A model generated the notes under the pieces. It searched no databases. It saw nothing but the letters and a program-made list of their open reading frames with translations, and was not told the origin of the DNA. The translations under genes and the position numbers were made by a program. From the human T2T-CHM13v2.0 reference genome, Homo sapiens: a stretch of 64,000 bases of DNA. This document shows, one piece after another, positions 42,325 to 57,355 of the stretch. The stretch lies in the NCBI RefSeq assembly GCF_009914755.1, contig NC_060929.1; one strand, 5' to 3'. The number at the start of each line of letters is the position of its first letter. Positions within the stretch are counted from its first letter, which is position 1.

Positions 42325-43215
42325 TGTAATAATTTGAAATGCCAACTAGACTGGATTAAGGAATATCTAGAAACCTGTAAGGCATTGTTTTGGAATGTGT
42401 CTGGGATGATGTTTCCAGAGGAGATTGGCATGTGAGTCTGAGCGGACTAGGTGGGGAAGATCCACCCTCAATGTGGGCAGGCACCATCCAGTCTGGTGGA
42501 TGGTGGTGAAGACAGTAAAGAAACAGGAAAAAGGTGAATGTGTCATTCTATCTCCAGGATCTGGAATACACTCATCCCCTGCCTTGGACAACAGAACTCC
42601 AGGGTCCCAGGCCTTTGGACTCCAAGGTTTACATCAGTGGCTCCCCGGGTTGCCTGGCCTTCAGCCTTGGACTGAAAGTTACAACATTGGCTTTCCTGGT
42701 TCTGAGGCCTTGGGGACTTGAACTGAGCCACACTACCAGCATCCCATGGTCTCCAGCTTGCAGATGGCCTGTTGTGGAACTTCTCAGACTCTATAATCAC
42801 ATAAGCTAATTCCCCTAATAAATCCCCTCTTATAGATCTAAACAGTTGTACAGTTGTCCCTCAGTATCCAAGGGGAATTGGTTCCAGGACCTCCTTCAGG
42901 TATCAAAATCCACAGATACTCAAATCTAGATATAAAATGGTATCGTATTTGCATATAACCTATGCACATCCTCCTACATACTTTAAATCATCTCTAGATA
43001 ACTTAGAGTATCTGATACAATACAAATGCTATGTAAATAGTTACATTGTTTGGGAAATACTGTTTAGGGAATGACAAGGAAAAATATCTATACATGTTGG
43101 GTACGAATGCAAATTTGTTTTCAAATATTTTCAATGGTGGTTAGTTGAATTCATGGATATGGAATCTACTGACCATATATATATCCTTTTTATTCTCTCT
43201 GGAGAACTCTAATAT
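42325..43215 (+). mobile_element. MLT2 (ERVL) solo LTR split by MER2
   Basis: CAACTAGACTGGATTAAGG...CCACCCTCAATGTGGGCAGGCACCATCC...TCTCTGGAGAACTCTAATA. Confidence 0.85.
42851..43175 (+). mobile_element. MER2 (Tigger-family MITE)
   Basis: TA|CAGTTGTCCCTCAGTATCC...GCATATAACCTATGCACATCCTCC...TTTAAATCATCTCTAGAT. Confidence 0.9.
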
Positions 43216-43476
43216 GCTAACTTAGTCAACAGAGAGCCAGGAAGTACTTACTACGTGCCAGAACATTAGCTAAACCCAAAAGAATAGAGAGGATGCAGAC
43301 TGGTCCTCCACAGTATACAATAAGCATAAAACCTCTCATTCAGATTCACCTTATATAATACATTAAGTCACTGTTTAAATAAGTTTATGTTCTACAAAGC
43401 AAAGACCAAATCATCACCAGGGTCAAGCAGATTCTCCTCTGCCTATGTAATATTAATCTATTGGCTGTGCTTAACA

Positions 43477-43477
43477 T

Positions 43478-43517
<40 letters not shown>

Positions 43518-43824
43518 ATTGGTTTTTTTAAGACACAGGGCCTTTCTCTGTTGCTCCGGCTGGAATGCAGTGGTGTAATCATAACTTGGTGCAGCCTCAA
43601 ACTCCTGGGCTCAAGAGATCCTTCTGTCTCAGCTTCCTGAATAGCTAGGCCTATAGGTGTGTGCCACCACTCCTGGCTTTTTTTTTTTTTTTTTTTTTTT
43701 TTTTTTGAAGACTAGGTTTTGTTATGTTCCCCAGGCTGGTCTCAAACTCCTGGCCTTAAAGCGATCCTCCTGCCTTGGCTTCCCAAAGTTCTGAGATTAC
43801 AAGCAGGAGCCAGCATGTCCAACC
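43477..43824 (-). mobile_element. AluJ with (TTTA)n tail and expanded middle T tract
   Basis: GCAGCCTCAAACTCCTGGGCTCAAG; the central T run is about 29 nt. Confidence 0.92.
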
Positions 43825-44861
43825 TTAAAGTTTGAAACATAATTTTGTTCCCAAACTACGGATATGAGTAAACCACATCCTTGGCAGTGACTGCGTTCTA
43901 GGATAATTTTTAATCATTGACAAAACAAATTATTCTTCCTATCAAGAAAAAAGTACTAGTTCTGAGGATAAAACACTACATGTTTGTCAAGAAAACAAAG
44001 TCGACCATCCATGAAAAGAAAGTGCACAAAAATGTACAATTCCTAGGGTGGAAATTTCCATCAATCAGATATACTCTTGGTGAAAATCAAGGGTCACCAT
44101 GTCACTTAAGTTGCAAAATTCAAAGTATTTTAAGTTCCTAAGTTAAATAACCCCAAATGTTTCTTATCAAGAAAAAAAGCCTCTCCACCTAAACACATAG
44201 CTACAATTTATAATTACCAAAAGAAACCTCACAATGGCCCTTTGTAAAGGATGATCCTCATGTAGCTAAACAATTTCCCACTCCCTCTTCTGTGGTGCCT
44301 TTTAAAATTATCATTATAACATCTACAGTCAGAAGGTAAAAATTGTTTTTTCCTATATGAAGTTAATATAGAATACATAATTAGAACTTATTTTCCACTT
44401 GTGGTAATTAATATGCTTGCAATTATAGCCACTATTCCATACCATTAATCCCTAAAAGTAAAGGCAGCTAGCAGAGTAAGGAGACCTCTGAGACACAGAA
44501 GAAAGCTGGCTGGACCACATGAAAGTGGAACTCTTAAATCTGCCTTCAAAAGTGCAACAGTCTAGCCACAAGAACTACCTAGTATAGAATTAACATTCTA
44601 ATCCAAATGAGAGGAAAATTCTAAGGTTCCATCTTGATCAAAATATTATGATTATAAAAACATTCCAAAGTTCAGCAAACCGTACTAAACTTACATAGTC
44701 CCATATCTACCTCTAAATATGCTATAAAGATACAATAAAAAATAGATTGTGTAGTGAAAAATAAGAGATATAGTAGGCTCTAAATAGGGTACAGTCCATG
44801 AATTTGGGGTAAAGCCAGAAATTACCAGCCTCTGAAATTTAGGTTAATTATGAACTTAAAA

Positions 44862-45100
44862 AAGCAACACCAATGATGGGATAAACTGGCACCCTGTGCT
44901 CCTGCTGAGATGCACTGAGAAGGATACAGTGTCACCTATGGAATATTCCTGTCCAAAATGTTTAATCTTAACCTAATCACGAAGAAACAATTAGACAAAT
45001 CTAAACTGAAAGAAATTCTGCAAAATAACTGGCCTGGCCTCTTCAAAAATGTCAAGGACTAAAAGACAAAAAAAAGTTGAGAAATTATTCCAGATTAAAT
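44862..45100 (+). mobile_element. L1MC/ME 3' region fragment
   Basis: GATGCACTGAGAAGGATAC...ATTCTGCAAAATAACTGGCCTG...TTCAAAAATGTCAAGG. Confidence 0.75.
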
Positions 45101-45139
45101 TCAATAAATTCATATTGAATACCTACTGTCTGGATAACG

Positions 45140-45365
45140 GCAGTGTGTGGTGGCTAAGAATGTATCAAATTCTGTCTCAAAATCCTATCTCTACCAGATG
45201 GAAAAGACATCTAACCATGCCATGTCCTGGTCTCCTCTCAGTAAAATGAGGATAGTAATATTACAGTACCTTCTTCAAAAGATTATACCGAGTTCAATGA
45301 GTTCATCTATAAAAGCCTTAGCACAGACACTGCTCAACACTTAATAAGTGCTCGGTAAATGTCAG
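45140..45365 (+). mobile_element. MIR
   Basis: GTGGCTAAGAA...GTAAAATGAGGATAGTAATA...AAGTGCTCGGTAAATG. Confidence 0.75.
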
Positions 45366-46188
45366 TGGTGATCATGACCATGATGATGGTGAAGAGCCAC
45401 CAGATGCTGGGGGAGGGGAACAGAGAGACTAACATCGTCACGTCCTCACTGTGCTTACAGTGAGATGTGAGTTACAGAAAAATGACCAGGCAATTCTAAG
45501 ATAGTGCAATAGATGCACTTTGGCTGATGAAAGGCTCTAGAGTTCAAAGGAGGCCGTTAGGTCTTTCTAAGCAAGGAATGCTGGCATTGGAATCCAGGTA
45601 ATGACAGAGAGGTGAGGCAACTAGGGTAGAAGAGATCAAACTTGAGGACTGCTAGGATCGTGAGGCAGGGGAGTGCTGTAGATTGAGTCTAGTTCCTGGC
45701 TTGGCAGCTGAACGGGCTGTGGTGCCAGTCACTGAGAAAAAGGAGCCCAGGGCATGAGCAGGTTTAGGGGCAGCAAGAGAGTCGGCTGACGCTGGGTCAG
45801 ACTCAACCAGAAGGGCCACCCAAGGGGACTTGTGCTGGACTCACAAAGGCATGTGGCAGAGAAGTCCTGATCTTGAGAGAAAAGGATACATTCTGCATTC
45901 CCCAGAATAAAACACCTAAAGCAAACAGATTTTATCTTGTTCTTGCCTGGACTCTAATTTCAAAACATGATAAAGAAAAATACAGCAGTCCTATCAATCT
46001 TATGTATTTCACAGTGTAACTATTTTACTGTAAAAATAGAAATTAGGAGGGACATTTGTGGCTCTCAATAGGTTCATTAAACCTAAAACTGTAAATTCCC
46101 CTGCCAGAAAGGTGGTATGCTAGCCAGATGTTCTCACTCTACTTGAGAACATTATTTTGCTTACTAAAGGTAAGAAAGAAAACATTTA

Positions 46189-46473
46189 GGTCAGGCTCGG
46201 CAGCTCATGCCTGTAATCCCAGCACTTTGGGAGACTGAGGCGGGTGGATCATGAGGTCAGGAGTTCAAGACCAGCCTGACCAACATGGTGAAACCCCGAC
46301 TCTGCTAAAAATACAAAAATACAGGCATGGTGGCACACACCTGTAATCCCAGCTACTCAGGAGGCTGAGGCAAGAGAACTGCTTGAACCCGGGAGGCAGG
46401 GGTTGCAGTGAGCCCAGATTGCGCCACTACACTCCAGTCTGGATGACAGAGCAAGATTCTGTCTCAAAAAAAA
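46189..46473 (+). mobile_element. AluS
   Basis: GGATCATGAGGTCAGGAGTTCAAGACCAGCCTGACCAACATGG. Confidence 0.95.
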
Positions 46474-47236
46474 CCTTTATAAACTCTCATTTCCTAGGTT
46501 ATAAAACACATAACCCCTCACTTCTACCCACAGAAATAAAACTGCCAGGAACAACTCTGTGTGCTTATGTGCCTGTGGGCAAAAATACATAAACTATATT
46601 GATATCATAAAGAAAACACTAGATTCAATCTTGGCCCATAGAGTCTCAATTATCAATCCAATCAGAAGCTGAAGCTGGATTTGCCACACAACACAAAACC
46701 AGTCTTGCTGCCACACTATGTGCTCATTCAGTGTGTGCCTGACAATGGCTACGGGCAACACTGATTCTCTGCCTACACACTGTCTTTGAGGTACACTGCA
46801 CCGTCTGTTGGCTTAATCTCAGATCAAACTGCCTTAGCTCATGTACTTGTGAAAAAGATGACTGATTGTCCCCAATATCCATTCTATACGCCCCCTTAGG
46901 AGTAGAACCCCTAGAGTCTTGGAGGCTTACTAGAGTTCACCTTTCCAAGCTTCTTTGGTAGTCAGGTATCATCACGTACCTTAAGTTCTGGCAACTGGGA
47001 TGTGAGGGCAAGTGATGTCTGTGATTTCCAGATCATGCCCCCAGAAGGAAACTACTTGGCCTCCACTTTCCCTTTCCCACAGAATAAACAAACATACGGG
47101 AGTGGTGAACCTCCTGCAGCCTGCACATGAGCAGAAGCACTGAGGCAATGGAAGAACAACAAGCTAGAAAGAGCCTGAGCGCCTGACTCATGAAGCAAAG
47201 AGCTAGATTCCAAAGTGACTACTGGCTTAAATTTAA

Positions 47237-47528
<292 letters not shown>

Positions 47529-47628
47529 GAGAGACAGATTCTTGCTATGTTGCCCAGGCTGGACTTGAACTCCTGGGCTCAGCCTCCTGAGTAGCTGAGA
47601 CTACTGGCACACACCATCATGCCTGGCC
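47529..47628 (-). mobile_element. Old Alu monomer (FLAM/FRAM-like) fused to the AluY, inside an MLT1 remnant (about 46860-47715)
   Basis: GAGACAGATTCTTGCTATGTTGCCCAGGCTGG...CATGCCTGGCC. Confidence 0.8.
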
Positions 47629-48125
47629 AGCTTGGATTTTTATATGAGAAACTTATTCTGCTTAAGCTACTATTATTTTGGTCTTTATAAAAACAGCCAA
47701 GCCAACACCTTAATTCATTTCCACTCAAATCATTAAAATGTGTGATTATGCAGAATTTATGTAATTAAGGTGTGTCTCACTTTGTTTTAGAGTTTTGCAT
47801 TCCTTTATAATGACTGCAGACATCTCAGCATCCCACACAGTTGACAATAAATGCTTATGCTGGAATCTCCAAGGGGCATAATAAACAGGTACAGTTAATA
47901 CCACTCTTCTCCAAATGGTCATATATTAAATCTGCTCTTTAATTTGTTGCTAGAACCAGTATTTGCAGAGTGCAAGACTTCCGATCTATCTGACAAATTT
48001 TTAACCTTGGTTTTATATATGATGACAACATTCTACACCCAGCATTAGGACTAGGCTACACTGGTTTTCTTTTTTCTCTAGAAGAGGACAGATTGTACTA
48101 AGGCCTAAGATCGTACTAAGGTGCT

Positions 48126-48624
48126 TATGGTAGGCAGAATAATGTCCCCCATAGAGTCAATTACCATCACAACCCAACACGTTCATTTCCTAATCCCAGG
48201 AAACTGTGAATATGTTATCTTACATGGCAAAAGGAACTTTGCAGATATGATTAAGGATCATGAGATGGGGAGATTCTTCTGGATTATTCATGTAGGCCCA
48301 ACTTCATCACAAGCGTCCTTATAAAGAGGGAGACATGAGTGTCAGAGTCATAGAGGAGATGTGATAATGGAAGCAAAAGCTAGAAGTATGCCATTGCCAG
48401 AAGGGGCCATGAGCTGAGGAATACAGATAGCTGCTAGAAGCACAAAGGGGCAAAAAATGGATTCCTACCCAGAACGTCCAGAAAGAACACAGCTCTGCCA
48501 ACACCTTGATTTTAGGCCAGTGAAACCCACTTCAGGCTTCTGACCTCCAGAATTACAAGAGAATCTATGTTGTTTTAAGCCACAAAGTTTGTGATAATTT
48601 GTTACAGCATCCATAGGAAATACA
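48126..48624 (+). mobile_element. MLT1D solo LTR
   Basis: TATGGTAGGCAGAATAATG...TTACATGGCAAAAGGAACTTTGCAGAT...GTTACAGCATCCATAGGAAATACA. Confidence 0.9.
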
Positions 48625-49020
48625 GTGTCCTTACATGTAGCACTGTATATTGTAATAACCCAATTGAATTAGGGTAGGATTTGTCCAGACCTAAAGAGCT
48701 AAATGAAAATAAGCAATTTTAATAATATATAATCTTATTAATAATATTGTTACTAATATTATCAGTAGTAATACCAATAGTAACATACAATTGTTTTGCC
48801 TTTTTACGGTAATCACAAAGGTAGCTCTCCCTGCCTCCCTCCCCCCGCAAAAAAGAAAAAGAAGTCACAGAAATTGAATATAAGTAGGTACAAGCAAATC
48901 TTGTAACTAGATAAAAGGATGATTTCTACCCACTAGCAAATGACTCTTCATCTCAAGATGAAATTGAATGCCATTTTTACTGCTATTGTTTTGAAGGATG
49001 AATGCTTTCTCTGCTAGTAA

Positions 49021-49438
<418 letters not shown>

Positions 49439-50846
49439 TTATTTAGTTCAAATCTCCATCACTTGTTTCAGTTTTACGCAGCTGTTGGGTACAGAAAACC
49501 AAACAGTCACCCCTGTGGCTTCCGTATGCTTCACACAGTACCATTCCTGGAGAAGGGCAAGATTCACTGGCCCTAGCTTCATTCATCTGGGCCGTTCAAT
49601 GTTGGCCAAAAGGGTCCACAACCCACAGGAAGGTCACTAGAAGCTAAAATTATCACTGCTCCCTTAACCTGCTTCTTGTCAGCACCAGCTAATTGCCCAC
49701 CATTGTGCTTCTGGCTCCATGATGGTGGTATTATAGTTCCCAACTCAGAGAAGTCTCAGCACAACACCTTTGGAAAATGCTTACCCTGACATTCCTAAGA
49801 GCATTCCAAAGCAATGCCCTTGTGTGCCTCTCTGGCCTGGAGCTCAACCATGCCTGATGGTAGAAGGTTCACTTCAAGATCACATTCTTAAGCATGGCCT
49901 GTTTTCACTGCCAGGATTTCATAAAATCATAGAACCACAATTGTACTATAAACTCTTGGCCTAAATTTACGTCCCCTCCTTCCTCCTGAACAGAACCAAA
50001 TGAATGTTGCTTAAGATCCAAAACAGATCCATATAACAGGACTCCTTTTGTTTCAGAAACTAAATTACTTCTTTGTGATACATCCCTACATTACATTAGA
50101 ATAACACTATCTCCTGTGCTGTACTCATAGGAAGTGGAGTTATCTCCTTGGACCAGATGCTTGGTTTTAAAGATTGTTTTGTTTGTTTGTTTGTTTTTTA
50201 TCTGCTTCCCTCTGTCTCAATTTGTTCTGGGCTTTGGAAGCCTTCATATCTCCACCACTGATAATGTCTAAGTTTTTCTACCTATACCTTAAGTTTCCTG
50301 CCACATCTTCCTGAGTTAAGGCCCTTTAAATAAGCATCACTGCTTTTCAGGGTCTGGAGAAAGGTCTGTCTACTCCAAACCTCAGTGGGAAAGGTGGACG
50401 GCATGCACTGGATACCCTTTGTTGTCTCTGAGTAATGATCTTTATTAAACCTTTTAATGGAGGCATACATTTACCTGTATATCACACACTTAACCTAGGA
50501 AGCTTTCTGTCCTATATATGTTCCAATTTGGTCTTGCTCACTTCAGATATGGATTCCTAATATGTAAAATATAAGGCTTTTTGCTCCTTAACTTCTAAGT
50601 ATTTTAACTCACTGCTATTTGGCAGTAACATTAAAAGCACCAAAAAAAACAACTCAGCTCAACAATCTAACACTATTTCTCATCCCATAAGCTAACCCAT
50701 AATCTTTTTAGGTTTCCTCTTCTACTTTTTGTTTTACTCATAACTCAGCATTTCTTTGCAACAGGAGCTAATAAGAGTTTGTTTTTGTTTTTTTTTTCTG
50801 GTTTATGTTATCTGTAATTTACAAGAATTTTTTTTTTTCTCCTCCC

Positions 50847-51216
50847 TGTGTTAATCTGCCAAAACAAAATACCTTAGACTGGGTGGCTTAAACAACAGAA
50901 ATTTATTTTCTCACAGGTCTAGAGCCTGGAAGTCCCAGATCAGGGTGCCGGCATGGTCAGTTTCTGTTGAGGGATCTCTTCCTGGCTTAAAGATGTCCAC
51001 CTTCTTATGTCCTCACATGGCAGACAGAGAGAGAGAGAAAGCAAGCCCTTCGGTGTCTCTTCTTATAAGAGTGCTAATCCCATCAGGAGGGCCCCACCCT
51101 CATGACCTCATCTAAACCTAATTATCTCCCAAAGGCCCCATCCCCAAACATCATCACATTCGGAGTCAGGGCTTCAACACATGAGTTTTGTGTGGGACAC
51201 AATTAAGATCATCACA
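50847..51216 (-). mobile_element. MLT1A0-like solo LTR
   Basis: GGGTGGCTTAAACAACAGAAATTTATTTTCTCACAG...GGGCCCCACCCTCATGACCTCATCTAAACC. Confidence 0.9.
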
Positions 51217-51416
51217 CTCTCTCCTTTTAGGGCCGATTTTTATCTGCCTTGGAATGAATCCATGACCAGCCTTTCTTCATTAAATAAGCAGGGACAGAGA
51301 CTGAACACCTGTTAGGTCTCAGGCCCAGGCTCAGTGCTAGGTATTCAAAGAGGAATACATACAATTTCTGATATCAGCAGTTCCAATATTCCCAAGTTCT
51401 AGATGGAAATACCTTA

Positions 51417-51871
51417 TTGTGCTGGCTTACTGCGGCAGCCATGGAAATATGCCAGTCAGAGCTCCCTTTCTGGAGAAGCACAACTAACTGCCGGCCTCTT
51501 GCTGCCACAGCTTCAGGTCTACCATGGCATTCGTGCAGAAATTGTGTTTCTACTGGGCTGCCAGCCAGCGCCCAAGTGTGCAGAGGTACTGGAATCACTG
51601 CTGTTGTTGCCCAGTGCGAAACTCCAGCAACAGGCAACTTTGCTTAGGGAAGCCCCATCCATCCAGCCAAGACTTCTCAGGAATACATGGCATTGTAAAA
51701 TTCTTCCCCATCCCTCCTTCCTTCCCACTCTTCCTTCACAGATGTCAGACCTACAGCATGGTCTGAAGGCTCTCTCTACCTTTTGTGGTTTCCTCCCTCT
51801 TTCCACTTCATAGACATTCCCCAACTTGCATTCAAATCCCAGCTTGGCAACTGCTTCTCAGAGGATCTGGG
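51417..51871 (+). mobile_element. LTR16-family ERVL solo LTR
   Basis: CCTTCCTTCCCACTC...CAGACCTACAGCATGGTCTGAAGGCTCTC...CTGCTTCTCAGAGGA resemble the LTR16 3' half. Confidence 0.7.
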
Positions 51872-52694
51872 AAAACAGACTCAGGAATTAACTTCACTTA
51901 AAATAACTAAAAAACATGTTTAGCTTTCAAGTAACCTGTTCATCTAACCGGGGACAAATACTCATCTGAGACAGCTAAAGCAAAAGGTGATAGAAGAAAT
52001 AAAGAAAATCTGCTTTTTCTTACATTCAAATAAAGGCAAAACAGAAAATTATTCTCACTATAACTTAATATAATTGGGCATACAGCTATGGAGCATTTGC
52101 CAAGTACCAGACGTTGTGCAAGGTATTGTAAAGGCTATAAAGACAAACACAAGATAGACTCCCTGCCCTCAAGGAACTTACAAGCTGCACTCCTATCTTT
52201 TATTCAGAATTTTTACATCATTCATTTTAAACAAATTCCTTAAGCATTTTGTACACACATACATATGTTCTTCTGTACGAAGCAGATGAGTAAACAAGAT
52301 TACTTCATGTAAATATTTTTAAGTCCTTACTTAGAAAATAATTTGGTCTTTAAAAGTAAGTATCACTATATTTCCATCTAGAGTCTCCAAATCCCCACCC
52401 TAGGCCTCTAAAGGGAAAATGTCAAGACATTTTATCACTTAATCTGATTAGAAAAGTCCTTCATGCTCATCTACATAGATACATCTCCAAAATCCCAAGT
52501 TAAGAAATGAGCTCAAGGCATTTGGGTCAACTGACACAGGCTGGTGGAAAAAAAAAAAAAACCTCAAACATCTTAAAATATTCATTTTTGTTGTTGTTGT
52601 ATTGTGAAATATTTACATACAAAAAGTATATAAAGTAAATATGTAGTTTAAAGAATAACATAAAAAAACACTGTGCGCTCACCATTCAAGTTAA

Positions 52695-52999
<305 letters not shown>

Positions 53000-53043
53000 T
53001 ACTATAACTTTTAAAGCACTTTTTCTTCCCTCCACTGCTTTAG

Positions 53044-53252
53044 AACAGTTTCTCAACCTCACGCTATTGACATTTTGGGCAGATAATTCTTAACCAGAAC
53101 ATTTTGGATGCTTAGCAATACCCCTGGCCTCAACCCATAAGATGACAGTAGCATATCACCACCATCACCACCAGTTGTGACAACCGGAAACGTCTCCAAA
53201 CACTTCCATATATCCCCTGGAGGGCAAAGTCACCCCTTGTTGAGAACTACTG
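53044..53252 (+). mobile_element. MER20 hAT MITE
   Basis: TTCTCAACCTC...CTATTGACATTTTGGGCAGATAATTCTT...TTGTGACAACC...TTGAGAACTACTG. Confidence 0.9.
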
Positions 53253-55681
53253 CCCTAGAGGTAATCACAATATGAATTTTTGCTTTTATTTATAGTATAT
53301 CAACATATGTAACCCTAAAACAATGTATTGCTTAGTTCTACTGTATTTGAACTCCATAGAAATGAAATTGTACTCCATGTATTTTCCCGCGACTTGTTTC
53401 TTACATTCAACATTGTTTGTGAGATACATCCACGGTGTATTATTACAAGCTGTAATTCACACAATCATTTTTTCATATATTTTTGCTGCTGTATTGTAAT
53501 CCGTTAAATTAAAACTCCATAATTGTTTAATCCAATCTATTATTGATGGACATTCGTATTGCATCTAACATTTTGCTTTTATGAATATTTCTACTAGGAA
53601 CCTTTCCTACACAGGTCTTCTGGTAATTACACAACAATTTCTCTGAGCTATATACCTAGGAGTAGAATTACTCAGTCACAAGATATGCTCATGTTCAGCT
53701 TTATTGCTTTCTAAAGTGGTTGTATATATTTATACCCCCATCAGCAGTAGAGGATAATTGCCATCACTCCACATGATTTCCAACACTAGGGTCTTCACTT
53801 ATTTTTCACAACATGTGGTACCACAAAAATATACATTGCTTACCGTGTAAATCCCAATTCTACAAACAGCAAATGAGATCTGGATGCATTCAGACATTCT
53901 CTATAAGATTAAAATAAGAATAAGAGAATAAGAAATGTTTGTACCAAAGAACTGTCTTCATTCCCCTTGCTCTTGTTTCCCTCTTTAAAGAAAATCTGCT
54001 GTATTCCAACATCTGTTTTATGAGGAAGTGGCTGAATTTCTTCCGTCTGTTTTCTAGACTAGCTCAAAGACAGGGATAATAAAGTCTGGGGCATGTGGCT
54101 TTATCTTGGGACTGTAAGGCAGATACTTTGTCCTCTAATACAAGAGCATCATTTAAGGAATGTAACTTATTGTAATGGTTTAATTTTACTTCTTTCAAAT
54201 CTTGCTCTAATATCCCATTTTAATAATAAATATTTGGCTGCTATAAGTAGCTTTTTAAGCATTCTTTTTCAGTTCAATTCTTATTAGATCATAAAAGTCT
54301 ATAATCCTTATAATGGATAGAAAAAAATCTCTATAAAAGGGAAATGCTCATAGTTAAATGCTGAAAGTTATGAATGGGCTAAATTTTGACAGAAGACTGA
54401 GATCCTTGGTCTCAGAATATCAATGGCAGTACTCAACTTAGAATTCACAACTTCTAACTCCCAAATCAAATTCAGATTCCTAAAACACATGCCCACTCAC
54501 AAAACCATGCATACCAAACATGACTACTGGTTTCTTTTCCTTTCTTTAGCTGGAGAAATATTTTTAGCACATTAAATTAGCATGTAGTCAAAATAACCCT
54601 AACTTTATACAGTCGAACACTGTTATTATGGTTTATTGTTGACAAGTTAAAGCTTCTCCCTAAAGTTTATAATGTCATAAATCTCAGCAATCACGGTTTT
54701 ATCCATTGTGGCAAGGAGGCAAAGACATAGGATCCCTGGCTTTCTGTGGTAGCCAAAAGGCTTCCAGAGATGCAGTCCTTGAGGAAGACCAAGAAGTCGC
54801 ATCAGACCCATTCTGCCAAAGGCTCTTGCCCCTTTAGACAATATCCACAAGAAACTGAATTCTGTATGATTGAAGGAATTTGGTAAATAAAAGATTGGAA
54901 AGCCAAAGGCTATATGCGTGGACATTAAAAATAAAAATTACAGCAATGGAAAATCAAACTCTTAGGACACTCTGTTGAGTGAAGTACTTAAACTCAATCT
55001 AAACTTTCAAATATCAACGGTGCTATTGTTCAAAACAAATGGCTGATAATTTCATACTGGGGATCATGATCACATCTATTATTAAGTTATTACTATCATG
55101 ACTGTAACATTATTGGGTTTATTTTGAATGAAATACACTACTGAAAACAAACCAGGGCCATGCCCTGGCATCCTCAGAGCCCAAGACTAAGAACGCTCAT
55201 TGCCTTGTCCAAGATCATTCTTCCCATCTACCTTTGGAAATTACCCCAAGTTGTACCTTTGTAACATAATAGTGAATGACTGAACAACTCTCTGAGTAAG
55301 CTGGAAAAGTTATCTTCCCCAACTGAAAGATAACTCTTATTTTATGCCACCTGGAATAAAAGATTTACCAGCCTTTCTTGGGGTTAAGTGTTGTCCTGTG
55401 ACTAAGTTCTCCAAAATGAGATGTAACTGAAAGGTGCTTAAAGGGAACTGACTCTGAGAAGAGCCCTTTTTTGCTCTTCTGCCTTTCCTACTTCTTTTCC
55501 AGGCTGTAACGGAGACTTAATGTAGCTCCAGTGACAATCTTGGGTTGTGACGGCACAATGAGAACAGTGGACACATGAAGTAGACCATACAGATAAGAGA
55601 ACCCAAAGATGCAAATGACAGCAGAGTTGCCATTCCCTCCTCTTCCAGACTTTGTACATGAAATAGAAATCAACCTGTAAC

Positions 55682-56016
<335 letters not shown>

Positions 56017-57345
56017 TAACCTAATCCTAACCAGTACAGAGCAACGTTTGTTTTTAAAAAGTAGGTATTCCCAGTGCCATATGAAAGGGCTCTAGCACCT
56101 ATCATGAGAGAATTAACTCTTTTTATGAGCTTTATCTTTTAAGGAGGGAGAAATATTTACTCTTTAGTTACTAAAAACCTACTTTCCACTCCTTTTCATA
56201 TTCTCAAAATGTACAAGTATTGTTGTTGGGATTGCTAAAATTATTACCCTGAAAACCCTCAATTTATTTTGTGTAACTTTTTTTCTGACTAACCATATTA
56301 CCTCATTCTCTCTAATCTCTAATCCTTACAAATACTGCCTTATCCTTGAACATCCGACCTCAGGCCAGGTGGCATGTCTATTGCCCCAGCTTGTAAATTC
56401 ATTCTAACAATAATATTCTCAACAATGGCCTCTTCCCTCTAATTACTAGGAGTCGGATACATATATTTAAAAACATAACCAAACTTCCTTTGATCACAGT
56501 ATATGAACTGGTAATAAATTTTAAATAATTATATTATTTCCCTATATAGATGCTATATTTGCAAGAAACTATTTTAACTGTAAACCCATGAGACATAAGG
56601 CATAACTTGGAATGAAGGATAAGTAGTTAACTATTTCCAATAAAAGAATGAGTTTCTATCTCAGATAAACTCTGACCCGGTAGCCTCTACAGTAATATTC
56701 ATAAATCTACATCTAGACTTCCCTGAGGAAGAACTAAAGAATATTATTTCAAAGATGAATCTCATCTTCTTTGCTGCCTCATCTAATAAAACAGCAAAAA
56801 AGATGTCAAAAACAAGACAGATTGGTTACAATCTGTTTAAGAGAGGTCTATAGAAAAAGAATGCCTAAGACAGAAAAAGAATACTAAATTTGAAATTAAT
56901 GTGATTACTTACAGTTTATTGTTGTTTTCCCTAAGAAATTTCAAAGGTAAGCATGAAAATAAAGGAGAAAACAAAACTTCAACAAGATGGCAGAAAATAA
57001 ACGTTATTTACTATACAGTCCAAAAAATGGTATCAAGGTATAATTTGAGTTCCATCAGAGGGCTAATAAACACAATATTCTTTTAGAGAGCTATTTTTTA
57101 TACTTAACATAATTGACAGTTCTAATTTTGATGTCCTGTGCAATCCCTCATCCTGATACAAAGCAAGATGACAGTTATATTATCTTCTCCTCTATAATTC
57201 TGCTTGATGAAAATTAAAAAGTTAAAACAGCCAAGCCAGTTCTTCAGAGTCCTGCAAGCAGTATGTTAAAACTGGTAAAACAAGAAAGGGCATACGGGAG
57301 CAGTAAAACCCCTTCGAATGAGGCCCTAGCTTGGGTCCTCTATTT

Positions 57346-57355
57346 CCAAATAAGG
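57346..57355. promoter_or_regulatory. Perfect CArG box (SRF motif)
   Basis: CCAAATAAGG fits CC(A/T)6GG. Confidence 0.45.

Noticed and set aside
51374-51824. Several overlapping ORFs up to 136 aa in a GC-richer patch
   Set aside because: The patch resembles an LTR16-type solo LTR; open frames on both strands reflect composition, with no recognisable domain.
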